Source: Naegleria gruberi
Lineage: Eukaryota
Direction: 5' to 3' (one strand)
NCBI GenBank assembly: GCA_000004985.1
Contig: GG738850.1
Length of the DNA: 64,000 nucleotides
Part shown: piece by piece, positions 21,718 to 33,508 of the stretch
Numbering within the stretch: position 1 is the stretch's first letter
How the letters are laid out: the number at the start of each line of letters is the position of its first letter
Notes under the pieces: generated by a model
Told to the model about the DNA's origin: nothing
Seen by the model: only the letters and a program-made list of their open reading frames with translations
Databases searched by the model: none
Translations under genes and position numbers: made by a program

Positions 21718-24700
21718 AACCCCACCAACCCAAAACCTTCAAAGCGTATCCATCTATTATCCACCATGTGTACCAAACAATACTGACATTAGTTTTAAAT
21801 GGAGTATAACTCAATCAGACGCAGTAAGACCACTAAAAATTGTTACAGATATCAAAGGGACCTCTGTTGCTATACTAAAATTTCCTGATGCAGGATATTA
21901 TACCTATAAATTAACAGTTCAAGGAACAGTTGTGAAAGATCCAACTCTGACCTTTACTGAAACCTGCACTATCAAGACATTTCCAAGAGAACTATCCTTG
22001 AAAGCAAAAATTACAAGTATTTCATATAGAGATGCCATTGTTGGTATAACCAGTGAAGACCCTGATGCTGTACCAGCTGAGAAGGAGGAATGGAAATATT
22101 CATGTTTGACTGGAAATGGTGATGTTTGTGGTGATACTGTTGACACAATGTTGTCCAAAATGAATTCCCAACAATCAGAGATATCATTCCAAAGAACAAT
22201 GTTCAACCAAACTTTTGTTAACACCAACACCAAATTTTACATTTCAATCCAATACTCAAAAGGAATTAGAGTTGCCAAATCACAAGTTATAGTTCAGTTT
22301 TCTAATGCTCCAAATATAATTCCCCCAATTTTAACAAACATTTACAGACCAACTAAAAAACTAAGCCCAGGAGATCGTATCGACATTGTAAATCAGGTAT
22401 CTATTGGACAGAAAAAGGTGGCATGTGCAATTTATGATTCTTGGGGAAAAACTTTCAATATGAATTGGTATCTAGATGGTGAACAACGGGCTCGATGTGA
22501 GAGTATTAGTGCAACTGCAGAAGAAGGGAAAACATATAATTTTGAGTTTAGATTTGTTGATAATAATATAGAATATGTGGATATTACAACAGTGGTAGTG
22601 AATAGAGCTCCATCATGTACTTGTATTGTGACTCCAACGACAGGGTTTGCTATGGATACCATGATTACTATGACATGTCCTAACTGTCAAAATGAAGAAC
22701 AATCTTTAGAGATATCGTTTGGTTTTATGGATTGTAATCGTCCTGTCACATTAAAAAAGGAGGGAATTCATTCCAAACTCCTTTCCCGCTAGGTTGCGAT
22801 CCTGATTTATTCTTGAGTAATGAAGCTCAGGCTTTCATTAAGATAACGGACTTGAATACTGATATAAGCACAACTAAACAGTTTAAAATACAACTACACA
22901 ATCCAGTGGCTGAAACTCTCGCTGACATGTCAAATTTGGTTGACTTGTGGAAAAGAAAGAGAGAGTCACTTCCTGTAGGTGATAGTCGCAGAAATGTTTT
23001 CAGTAGTGCCTATATAAGCAGAGCAGTTAAGGCTATACTGAAAGTTATGGATCCAGCAGCTCAATTAACTAGATCAATAGGAAGTAGAAGACTTAGAACG
23101 TTGGAATGCAATGGACATGGTACATTGATAAACGGAACTTGTGTATGCAATAGTGGGTACTACACAAATGATTGTAAATACAATGCAGCTGACTTGGCAG
23201 CCATTAGAACAATGAAGCAAAACTTGTTCGATGATTTCATTCAAAGTCAACTTGAAAGAAACAGTACTTTTGACCCAATTTCTGAAGCTATCCTTACAAG
23301 CTCTGTCTCTGGTATTGATTCATTCTTGGCGGATTTGAACTATTTGACTAACTCTACTTTTGAGAGTTGTGTTTATTTGTTTGCATCTGTATGGGATGAG
23401 GCAATATCTGATCCAGAGTTGACAATCTCACAAGAAGTTGCACAATCAAGCGTTACCATTTTGGAACGTATTTATCAGTCCTCTTTTAAAACTGTGGCAC
23501 ACAAAACAATTATTGATTCATACTTTAAAAAGATTAGCCAAATTAGATTGAGAACTAATAACATTGGAGAAAAATTATCATTCTCCAATGTTACATTTAC
23601 TGATTCCTTTTCAATGAGAGAACTATCTTCGAGTTTAGATAATACCACCATTGTCTACTCTGATAAACAACCAAATTTACAAGTGAAATTTGCCGAATCA
23701 ATGGATACCAAATATGATCAGCAAATGTTCATATTCTACACTTTCGGTTTAATCCAAGATTTGAGTAGTATTAATCAAACGATTAGTAATATCAGTGGAC
23801 CTGAATATACTAACACGATGATTTCACAATCTGCCGTATTTTTGAAAGTCTACAATCAGAAATCAATTGCTGACTTGAATGATACCGATACCTCAATAGT
23901 GTATCAGATTCCACTTTCTGAAACGCTCCAAAAAACCAACTTCAAGCTTAGAAAATTAGTTCCTTCCACAGAGTACACTTATTCCTGTATCTCACTGGAT
24001 GAAATTGGAGAACAGCTCGACACTAATGTAACTTGCTCCATCTCATTCATTGTTGGAAATGATCAATTAGTACAATGCACATGTTCAGAACCAACCACCG
24101 TTATTGTTGTAAAGAGTTCAAGAATAATTTCAGTAGATGATGGAGTAATATATTGTGATGGAATTCAAAGCTCTGATTTGAAATCTTGTAATGGAAATGG
24201 TAATTGTACTGATAATGAAGTATGTCATTGTAGTCCAGGTTTTAATGGAACCTATTGCGAATTTGAAATTCCAATTAACAATTCAACTATGGATAATTCC
24301 ACAACTAGTGTTCAAAATTCAACCATTGATAATTCAACCACAGATTCAAATTCCACTTTTAACAATACTACAGATCCTGCTAGCAATAATACTATAATTT
24401 CTAATTCAAGTGATATCAATAATAATACCATGCAAAGTAATGCTACTGTTGGAAATAGTACTGTTGAGAATAACTCTACACTTGAGAATAATTCTACCAC
24501 TCTTGACAACTCTACTTTAAATAATTCAACTCTATATAATTCAACTACACTTGAAAATAATTCTACCTTGGATTATAATTCAACTCTAAATAATACCACT
24601 TTAAGTAATTCTACCTTGGAACAATTCTACCATAGAAAATAATTCTACACTTGACAACTCTACTCATGCTGAAAATACTACCTGGTCAAATAATACTCAA

Positions 24701-27226
24701 GTAGAAAACAACACTCTGCATTCAAATGATTCATTGAATTCCAGTAACAATACATCTGAAAATTCATCAATTCCCCAAATTCCATTAGAAATGGATCTTA
24801 TTATTAGCAAATCAGTGGCAGATTTTTGTGATCAAATCACATTCAATGCCATTGTGAAAAACAATAGGTATACTATTAATTTCATTTGGAGAAGCTCTGA
24901 ATCAAACTCATATCTGAAACAATTACTTCAATCAATTAGTACTGATTCTATTTCAATAGAAACTGGATTGTTGGGATCGGGTTCTTACAACATTAGTGTG
25001 AGTATTTCAGAAAGAACCCAACAAGTCACTCAATCCAAGACTATTTCTATAAGGAAAGTTCAACCAAAATTATTCATGGATGACATCACTTACGTTTCTA
25101 TTGGATCTGAAGTTGATGTCATGCCATCAATCACTCTTCCACATTGCTACCCTTATTCCAATTTGGTGTACAAGTATGAAATGAATACAAAGGAAGAATC
25201 TGTGGCAAATATTGACAAGATAGTTTTTGACGAAACTTTGGAAATTAAATGTTCAAAAGGAGGAGAAAGTTGCAATGATATTTCAACTCCAATAACTCCA
25301 ACCTATTCAACCATTCTTCAGGAAGGTGTTTACAACTTTACAGCCATATTCACCAAAGGATCAAGAAGCTCAATCAGTACCATTATTGTTACTGTCCAAA
25401 GTCCAAGCTTACCAAACAATGCATTTGTTTCCACATTATCATTGTCTAACACTGAAGATTTGAATAATGTTGATCCAAACAATGATCTAAAAGTTAGCTT
25501 TAGAACAAGTGAAAAGTTAACCAATCCAAAATACACTTGGACTTCTGACCTTCCTATCAGTGGAAATAGTGCAAGTTATCTCATCATTCCTAAATCATAT
25601 CTGGTAACAGGTGTTCAACATAACATTACTTTAGATATCAAAGATGGATCCAGATATTCCAAGACGACAATCTATTTCATTGTTAATTCACCACCTACTG
25701 TTGGAAGCTTTGCAATCACTCCTCAAGAAGGAAGTGCACTTGAAACTGTATTCACATTAGATGTACAAGAGGGATGGTTAGATTCAAATTTACCACTCAC
25801 TTTCAAATTCTTCTACCTGGATGAATATTCAAATACTTGGATTCCTCTCTCTGAAAGAACAGAGTCTAATGTTTTGAGTGTTTCATTACCTCCTGGTTAT
25901 GGAAATTATTCTACACTTAGAACTAAGGTTCATGTATATGATTCTATGGGTGTATATTCATATAAGGAAAGTTATGCAATTGTTAGAAAGCCAAATATCA
26001 TTTCTGACTCGATGATTTCAACTCTTAATGCTATCAACTCGTCCACTTCATCTCCTTCAGTGCTATCCACTGCCCTGAATGTTATAAGTACAGTTAGTGA
26101 CAAGACGGAAAAAGTTATTGGCATTACTAATAGTTTGGTTTCTAATTACGTAGAGAATGCCAATTTGGAAAATATCAATTCTGAAAAAGCCCTCTCCACA
26201 ATCTCTATCTATTCATATAGTGCATCTTGTTTACCATATTTGCAAGACTCGGTTACATCTGCTCTGATTTCAAAATTAGAAAGTTTTACTGAGCTTATTT
26301 CTGCAAACTCGTTTGATTCATTGGATGAGCAATACTTGGATTCAATCAAATCTACAACTGACAAGTTATATGACAAGGTTTTGTCTAAAACAAAAAGAAG
26401 CTTATCAACCAAGGAATTGATAGCTCTGGAAAATGTCTATGTAAACTTGGCAAGGGCCTATGTCAAGAGTTCCTTACCAGATATGAAAGGAAAATTAATT
26501 ACCTCAAACTCAATTTCAACCTATTCCAGAAAGATCAACACTGCCTCTGCTAAGAGTTCATTAATTACCAGTGAAATTGTAGACTCTAACAATACTATAT
26601 TATCATTAACTTCAAATATTGCTCAAAAACTTTCCCTTTCCTCTTTCACAATAATTGTCAAATCACAAAGTTCTCTTGTGAACAAGATTATTTCCAAAGT
26701 ATTGACCGTCTCCATACCAGAAGTACCAAATGGAATTATTTCCAACTCTCCAATAGGATCCCTCCTCATCAAACATTCCACAGTATCATCAAATAATATT
26801 TCGTGTGTTTGCTTCAACAGCATTTCCAATAGTTTTGAAAAGGATGTTGGTTGTTGTCGATTGACAACAGTTTCCTCTCGTTCCATTTCGTCCACCTCAT
26901 CCATTTACCTCTACAGAACTGCAATATTTGCACTGAGGGATGAAAACCATGGAACAATCATTACTGAAGAATCTATTCCAATCAAACCAAAACCAACAAT
27001 ATCCGTTGGTAGTGGAAGTGGAGATGGAGGAAATCATGTCATTAAACCACCAAAGCAAACAAGAACCAACAATAATAATCTATTTGGATTACTTTCACTT
27101 TTGGCCACTTTGTTTGTGGCAGTGGCCATAAGTGTTGCAGTGATTGTCCTCTGTGTGAGACAAAGAAAGTACAAGGCAATGCAAAATGCTGCTCCTGTTG
27201 ATCTTCCTATGCGTTCCGAGATCTGA
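21718..27226 (+). pseudogene. Gene B, a 5'-truncated paralogue of the REJ/PKD-like C-terminal part of gene A. It is read as three frames (21718-22790, 22738-24645, 24611-27226) because of two apparent 1-nt frameshifts, one at the A6 run 22752-22758 and one near 24610-24625. It consists of Ser/Thr-rich REJ-like modules, an N-glycosylation-rich NST repeat tract, then a single TM helix and a short basic tail, and ends with TGA.
   Basis: Paralogy to gene A: APSCTCIVTPTTGFAMDTMITMTCPNCQNEEQSLEISFGFMD versus PCPCSVSPSSGYAFDTLFTLQCSNCQNAANSIKITYGFID. A second match is RTLECNGHGTLINGTCVCNSGYYTNDCKYN versus TVCEHGGKVDDVSGKCICPSGYYKVDCSMS. After the first shift the alignment to gene A continues in the other frame (NSFQTPFPLG~QSYSTKLPST, AFIKITDLNTDISTTKQFKIQL~VFFKIIDTNSGAFIIQKSSVKVVL). 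The NST repeat continues in a +1 frame after ...SNSTLEQFYHRK*. The C-terminal TM reads LLSLLATLFVAVAISVAVIVLCV. Confidence 0.55.
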
Positions 27227-28378
27227 AACTGATAGTCTGTAACAACAATAAATATGTTCTTTACCTCTGATAAAATAGTTGAAGGAAATTTGATGGAAAA
27301 TTGTTGTTGGTGTGAGGCTGAGTGATTATCTTGGCCATCTTTTGAAGTGAAACTACAAGATGAACATTAGTGTTAGCCAACATCCTATCAATGTATTTAT
27401 TGTTGTATTGATGAAGAATGACCAAGTAGATGATGAATAATTAATGTTAGGAAAACATGTAAAAATTCAACTTTTCAATCTCTGGAAAAAAGTTGAAAAA
27501 CATTGCAAAAACATCCTTCCTGATGTGGTACAATAATAAATCTTTGCTCTCCTCTTGAAATTGAACAAGTTTTCCAAAAGTGTTTCTTGCGAATTTTAGC
27601 TTTTTACTACCTTGCTCTACAGCAGGTATGTACTCGAAGAAAAGTTTTGAAACTTTCCAGGGTGATACTCTTGATGGTTTAGAACAAGGCCATAATGGTC
27701 TTATTGCTCTGGTTGTTGATGATCATGATGAAAATATAAAAATTAATAACGCGATGAGGTTATTCTTGAATTTAACCATTCGCACCAATTTAGTTGTTAT
27801 ATAGTATTGATGATGAACAATTAATTATGGTTTTACTTCTCCAACTCGACAAAAGTTTCCATAAAATTAGTAATTGCCTTCCAAAATTTGTAATTAATGA
27901 TGAAATACTAAAAAACCAATCTCTATACACTCCAAACTATCCAATCTAACTGCACAGTAAGTGCCTTTAACAACGATGGAGTATTGCCTTTGAAAATCAT
28001 CACCGAGCAAGGTGCATGTATTTGATGAAAATTTTCTTTGTTATTTTTTCTTGTTTTTCAATCAACTTTCGCTCATCACTTTTCTCAGAACAATAAAAAA
28101 TTTCATCATTGTTAGCTTAATATTGAATGGTCAGAGACTGCTAATTTTCTTCATGTGAAGTGAATGTCAAAACCATTCTTCCAATAGTAAGACTTAATTG
28201 GAAATTATTGGAAAGAAACTTCTCCTTTGTCGTCTTATTGTTGATGAGCTAGTGGCGCAGTATCACCACACTGTAAACTCCTTTCGGAACTTATTGTAAA
28301 CTCCTTCCAACTTCATACCACAATCTTCCGTAATTTCTAATTTCTCAGCTCTGCCTCCTATTTCACTCCATAAAAAAA

Positions 28379-29491
28379 ATGTCACAAGATCAAACTCCTG
28401 AATCCACCACCACTGACAACACTCTTGCTGATCCAAAACTTTCAATCTCCAAGTTGATTAATAATTTAACCGAAAATTGCTCCAATGATGAGATTGACAA
28501 TATTTCTGAGAGAATTGAATCCTCTCCATTGCAAAATCATGATCAATCCGAATTATTATGTTCCTTGGGTGAGGTTTTATATTTGTTACAGAGGGATGAT
28601 GAGAAGGCAATGATGTTTATTGAAAAATCCATTCAGAAGAATGATCAGAATGCGAAGGCTTACTTTTATAAAGGCATGCTAGCTGTTTTTATTCCTGGAA
28701 GAGAGGATGATGATATAATTGCATTGGAGAAGGCAATTGAGATCAAGTCGGATATTGGGTTTTATTGGTTCGAGTTGGGGAGAGCTTTTATTAGAAAGAA
28801 GATGGATGAGAAGGCTTTGGAATGTTTGAAAAAGTATGTCGAGTTGGATAGAGAGGATGCTATCAAGAAGCAAGTAACCTCTACACTCTATAATTTGGGA
28901 ATGAGATGGTTTTTGGAGAAGAATTATGAGAAGGCTCTTGAATCTTTCGAAATTGCTGATGGATTGAGTTTGGATCCTGATTTGCAATTGAAGGGAAAGA
29001 TTGTACAGACCTATGAGAAATTGGGAAAGAAAACTGAACGAGATGAAACTATTCAAGAACTCTACAAATTGTATAGAAACAAATCACTTGAAAATCAAAT
29101 TAGATTTTGTAGAGATCAATTCACTCTCGATTCGTATGAAAACCATACCAATGTTACTGTATTTGTGTACGAATTCTTTGAATTGATTGGTGATATGGCT
29201 TTGAAATATCTATTCCAGGTCAGCACTGAAAAATCAATTCTCTGCAAAATTTCCATGGGCAGTTACACTTTCACCAATCAATTTCACATGGAGATGAATT
29301 CTGCATCTCAACCCGATGAGAGAGTTTACCATCTCGATGGTTACTACCCAGGAATGCACAAGACTTTTGGATTTTATTCTGGAACAACTGAGAAACCAAA
29401 TATTACATACGAAGAACTGAAACAAAAGGTATTGGATATTCTTGAGGGAAACTCTACTGCAATTTCATCTTCCACCACTCCTAATCAATAG
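28379..29491 (+). CDS. TPR-repeat protein (370 aa), single exon, with a C-terminal domain of unknown function.
   Basis: TPR-like helices: AKAYFYKGMLAVFIPGREDDDIIALEKAIEIKSD, FYWFELGRAFIRKKMDEKALECLKKYVELD, and NYEKALESFEIADGLSLDPD. ATG at 28379. Confidence 0.55.
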   Translation: MSQDQTPESTTTDNTLADPKLSISKLINNLTENCSNDEIDNISERIESSPLQNHDQSELLCSLGEVLYLLQRDDEKAMMFIEKSIQKNDQNAKAYFYKGMLAVFIPGREDDDIIALEKAIEIKSDIGFYWFELGRAFIRKKMDEKALECLKKYVELDREDAIKKQVTSTLYNLGMRWFLEKNYEKALESFEIADGLSLDPDLQLKGKIVQTYEKLGKKTERDETIQELYKLYRNKSLENQIRFCRDQFTLDSYENHTNVTVFVYEFFELIGDMALKYLFQVSTEKSILCKISMGSYTFTNQFHMEMNSASQPDERVYHLDGYYPGMHKTFGFYSGTTEKPNITYEELKQKVLDILEGNSTAISSSTTPNQ

Positions 29492-29665
29492 TAACTTTAT
29501 CCTAAAAGTAATTTGTTGATTATAAGTGGATTTAGCAATCTTTGAAATTAATATTTAAAGCTAACGTAAAAACCATGTAATAATACAAATGAACTTTACA
29601 ACTTTATTATCTCACAACCGCCATTAACCGTTATTGAACAAATCTGATTTTAAAAATACAAAAAA

Positions 29666-30616
29666 ATGCAAAAACATGATGACCACGATAATGTTGTTCT
29701 CTCTTTAATTGATTTCAAACCACATTGCAATACAATCAGTGATGATAATAATACTGATGAAGAATCATCATTAATTTTGAATCGGAGGCTTGGTGAAAAA
29801 TTAAAGTATGCTTGTAAGAAATTTTCATTAAATTACGAGCAAGTTGATAAACTTTCCATAGGAAGTTGTGACCATATCTACTTTTCTCAAATATGCAAAG
29901 AATATAATGTGTTGGTGGTGGGAAATGATAAATCATTGCTCTTTTTTGATTTGGAAACTAGGAAACAAGTGTTTGAGTGTCGATTTGCAACAACAATTCG
30001 ATATTTTACAATTAATAGATATGATCTATTCTTATCTTGTCAAGATTACAAACTGAGAAGATACAATTTAGAGAAGATAATGAACAAAGAACAGCTATCA
30101 GACTGTTTGATTTGGGAGAGCCCAAAGCTCAAGAATATTTGGGGATTTGCAATTCAGAATCAATTGATTTATGTTTGTGATTTTTCTATTAATGGAGAGC
30201 ATTTGAAATGTTTCGATTATAGTACAGGAGCTCTGATTGATTTGAAAAATACACCAAAATTGACCAAAATAACTCACATTACATTTTCCCAATATAATGA
30301 AATGTTCGTTTGTGGATACAACTTTCTGGCAAAGCTTGTGTTAAAGGATGACAATCAGTGGGTATTGAAGAAAAAAGTTACAAATTTCAAATCTAGTAGA
30401 GGACTGTATTCAATATACTATGAAAAATCAAGTGAGAGAATTTTTGTAACAGATCACTCGTTTGAAATAATAGTATTCGATAGAAATTTAAATCAGATCC
30501 ATACTTTCAAGGATAGACATTCAAATGATAAGGCATTTGCTTATGGAATTAATATTGATGAGGAAACAGGTTATAGTTACTTGTCTAGATATAGTGATTT
30601 GATTGTTTACAAGTAG
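29666..30616 (+). CDS. Hypothetical 316-aa protein (possibly beta-propeller-like), single exon.
   Basis: Intact ORF from the ATG at 29666. No motif recognised. Confidence 0.4.
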   Translation: MQKHDDHDNVVLSLIDFKPHCNTISDDNNTDEESSLILNRRLGEKLKYACKKFSLNYEQVDKLSIGSCDHIYFSQICKEYNVLVVGNDKSLLFFDLETRKQVFECRFATTIRYFTINRYDLFLSCQDYKLRRYNLEKIMNKEQLSDCLIWESPKLKNIWGFAIQNQLIYVCDFSINGEHLKCFDYSTGALIDLKNTPKLTKITHITFSQYNEMFVCGYNFLAKLVLKDDNQWVLKKKVTNFKSSRGLYSIYYEKSSERIFVTDHSFEIIVFDRNLNQIHTFKDRHSNDKAFAYGINIDEETGYSYLSRYSDLIVYK

Positions 30617-30785
30617 ATCATCTATTATTAAATGAACAAACTTCCAAAATTCACAGTAATTAAACTGGTTTTTTAATTTGTTCCAACATTGAAGGAAAAA
30701 ACAGTTACAACTTTACAAAAGAGGAATGGATTGAGTTTCACTTTGAATTTATGTTAGATAATATATTTTGGAGATTCTAAGAAAA

Positions 30786-32339
30786 TTATTCGAAACACAA
30801 AGTGACATCACTCAAAGTCACCGCATCATTGTGCACAGCAAATCTCAGTAAGCAATTTTCCATTTCAATTATTCCTTTTTGAATTCCTTCTCTACACAGG
30901 ATCATTCCACAATATAAATCATCCCCTTTCATTACTGCTAAATCTACTATTTCATCTGGTTTTCTTCCAAAATCTCCAATTAATTCATGAGCATTGAGTA
31001 GTGGAACGAATGTGAGATCTTCAGTCTTTCTGAGAATGCTATGATGTTTCACATTATCATTCCTTCCAAAATGCAATAGCTCATTATTTTCTAATAGTGG
31101 AATAGTTCAATGTAAACTTAATTGTTAAAAAAAACTTACGTGAAAGAGCAAAGGAGGAACGTCCAGAGCAACAAATAGATTTGAAATGGGACGCATTCTC
31201 AAACTGAATTCTTACCAAATTGACACAGTCAGGATTATTATATTGATCTTCCCACACTTTTCCAAGTTGACCACTATCATTATAACAAATCAATATCAGC
31301 ACAACTAGTCACTACTTACTCTTTCATTAAACCACAACCATACAATTCATTGTCAAAAGTCAAGTACAATGAATGAAAACTTCCACAAGCATGTTTCTTC
31401 ACACGACCTTGCAATTTAGAAATAAGTGTAAAATGAGTCAAATCAGCTCCTCTATTTCCTTCTACACCCACATTGATATAGCTATTATATCCACTTCCAT
31501 AACAATCACCATTCTTACATCTCACGACAACAAACAAGAAACCCATTTCAATATCAACAACTGGACTTGGAAGGGATGACAAAAATCCGTGCAATGTAAA
31601 TTTAGAAAGGTTCATATCATCATCTGTTCCTAATCCAAATACTCCACTACAATTCTCTCCATAAACATAGACCTTTCCCATTTCTTTTAAATTTAAAATG
31701 AATTCGAAATTTAACAAATAATTATTAAATATCCAATTCAATTTCCATAAAAGTTGAATTCAATTTCCATAAATGAGAATGAACAATCGAAAACACACAC
31801 ATACCAGTTAGCAAGAAAAAGAACTCAGCTAAAGTATTACTTCTCACACATTTCACTCGATCACCAACAATTAATTGTGGTAATTCCACTCCATTGACAT
31901 CTCCTTCACTCAAATTCTTATCACTTTGTTCAGCAATGTACATTTTCATATTGGTCAATATTATTTTCTTCTGTGATTTAATTTCCTTGTTGATTATTCT
32001 TTCATTTGGAGCAAAGAGTTTCGTATTGGTATAAGAAATTGTTTGTGAGAGAAAACCCGAATTGTTGACAGGATCAGAAAATATATCCATTGATGGATAA
32101 TAGAAAAGAATGGATGAATGTTGATTATGCCAAAAATCAGGAATTGCCATCACATAGTCTGTTTCATGCGAACGAATTTCCTTCACATTCGGCTGGTTTA
32201 TATTCGAAAGTGCACAATAAGAATATAAAGATCTAGCTTGCATCACATAATCATAATGAAGAGAGTCGGTCTTTGGTTCCTCTCTGAGTCTACTTGTTGA
32301 AATTTCATAAAGGCGGTTGCGGTTTGGGTTTGTAAACAT
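30786..32339 (-). CDS. RCC1-repeat protein with four exons: 32339-31805, 31683-31320, 31273-31140 and 31090-30786. Introns are 121, 46 and 49 bp.
   Basis: Donors are GTATGT, GTAAGT and GTAAGT, and acceptors are AAAAG, GATAG and ATTAG. All phases are consistent. RCC1 signatures: VYVYGENCSGVFGLG, YGCGLMKDGQLGK, and LLHFGRNDNVKHH. Confidence 0.65.
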
Positions 32340-32520
32340 TTTTTTTGATTTGGTTTACCAAAGATTCGAATACACACGTGTGAAAGAAACTACTAGTAGA
32401 ACTTGCAATGAACACAAAGATTCTTGAACATCCTATTCCTCCTGAGAGAAGATGAATATTTTGTTGTTTGTCATTAATTTTCAAAATTTATAAAACCTTT
32501 TGTTGTTTAGTATAACAATA

Positions 32521-32973
32521 CTAAAGTACAAAACAAGTAAAAATCAAAGCCACAACAATTACCAATTGAACCAATTCTCTACTGAGTGCACTATCTTTCA
32601 CTCCCATCCCTGTTCTTGTTCCATTTCCATTTCCATCCACAACTGCAAAACTTGTTGCTCCACCAATTGCATTCTTATCATTACACAATTGACTAGCACA
32701 ACAAACCAAATTTGGATAGGCAGCAGGTTGTGCCCTCCATGAATTACAGTTCGATTCTGGTGTAAATCCATATATTTTCTCTCCCATATTTGGATCTTTG
32801 AGGTCATATCTGTAACAAACAAATCCGGATGGACAGGATTGTGTGGCGCCATAGTAATTTCCTAATTTGTCGTATCCAACATTACAGGAAAATGCATGGC
32901 AGGAGAGTGTCAAGCCAATGAATATTAAAAAAATTAAAATTGTGAGAGTTGAGTGATGGTTGCGTTGTTGCAT
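32521..32973 (-). CDS. Ly6/uPAR (three-finger, LU domain)-like small secreted protein (150 aa) that is probably GPI-anchored.
   Basis: Signal peptide MQQRNHHSTLTILIFLIFIGLTLSCHA. Ten cysteines with the LU-domain C-terminal signature CCASQLCN. A Gly/Ser-rich omega region followed by a hydrophobic C-terminus (LVQLVIVVALIFTCFVL). Confidence 0.55.
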   Translation of the reverse strand: MQQRNHHSTLTILIFLIFIGLTLSCHAFSCNVGYDKLGNYYGATQSCPSGFVCYRYDLKDPNMGEKIYGFTPESNCNSWRAQPAAYPNLVCCASQLCNDKNAIGGATSFAVVDGNGNGTRTGMGVKDSALSRELVQLVIVVALIFTCFVL

Positions 32974-33508
32974 TTTTTTTTAATGGAATGTAAATGTCAC
33001 TATTCAAATTGATGATTGATTCAATAGATCTGCTGGTATTTCCCTTTGCGGATTCTAATTGGATAACTTCCAACATAATCAAACCATTACAACCTTTCAA
33101 ACAACTTTTCAACTATTCTATTGTTGCGCTTTTTCTCACCAAATGTTGTGAATAATTTAAGGATTTAAGAGACACCTTATTATCACAGCGTGTAGGGGAA
33201 ACAGTCGTTTTTAAGGTCCCTACCTTTCCAGTGGCGAAGACCAGCATTTGTAGTAGGGGGATCAATATATTAGCATTGTAAATTCAGTTCCGCTGAAGGA
33301 GCTCCTCTTCAAATAAGGCAACGTAATGTTCACCAAGATGCAAAATACCAAGCAACACATTTTCTAAGGAACGCACAATAGGTGTGTATGTTGGCAAGCT
33401 TAACACTGTTTGTTATTTGAAGAATCAACAATCTTAATAAGTGAAAGGTATTTACTCTTTGTGGCGAGTGGAGGTTTGTGCAAAAAAACAAAATTATTGG
33501 TGAGCTCA

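Noticed and set aside
22793-22817. GT...AG segment of 25 bp as a possible micro-intron joining the first two frames of gene B
   Set aside because: It is too short for a spliceosomal intron, and removing it still leaves a stop codon. Alignment to gene A shows a 1-nt shift in the A6 run instead.
28240-28300. Possible tRNA (TAGTGGCGCAGT resembles an A-box)
   Set aside because: There is no B-box (GGTTCGANTCC), no acceptor-stem complementarity, and no cloverleaf.
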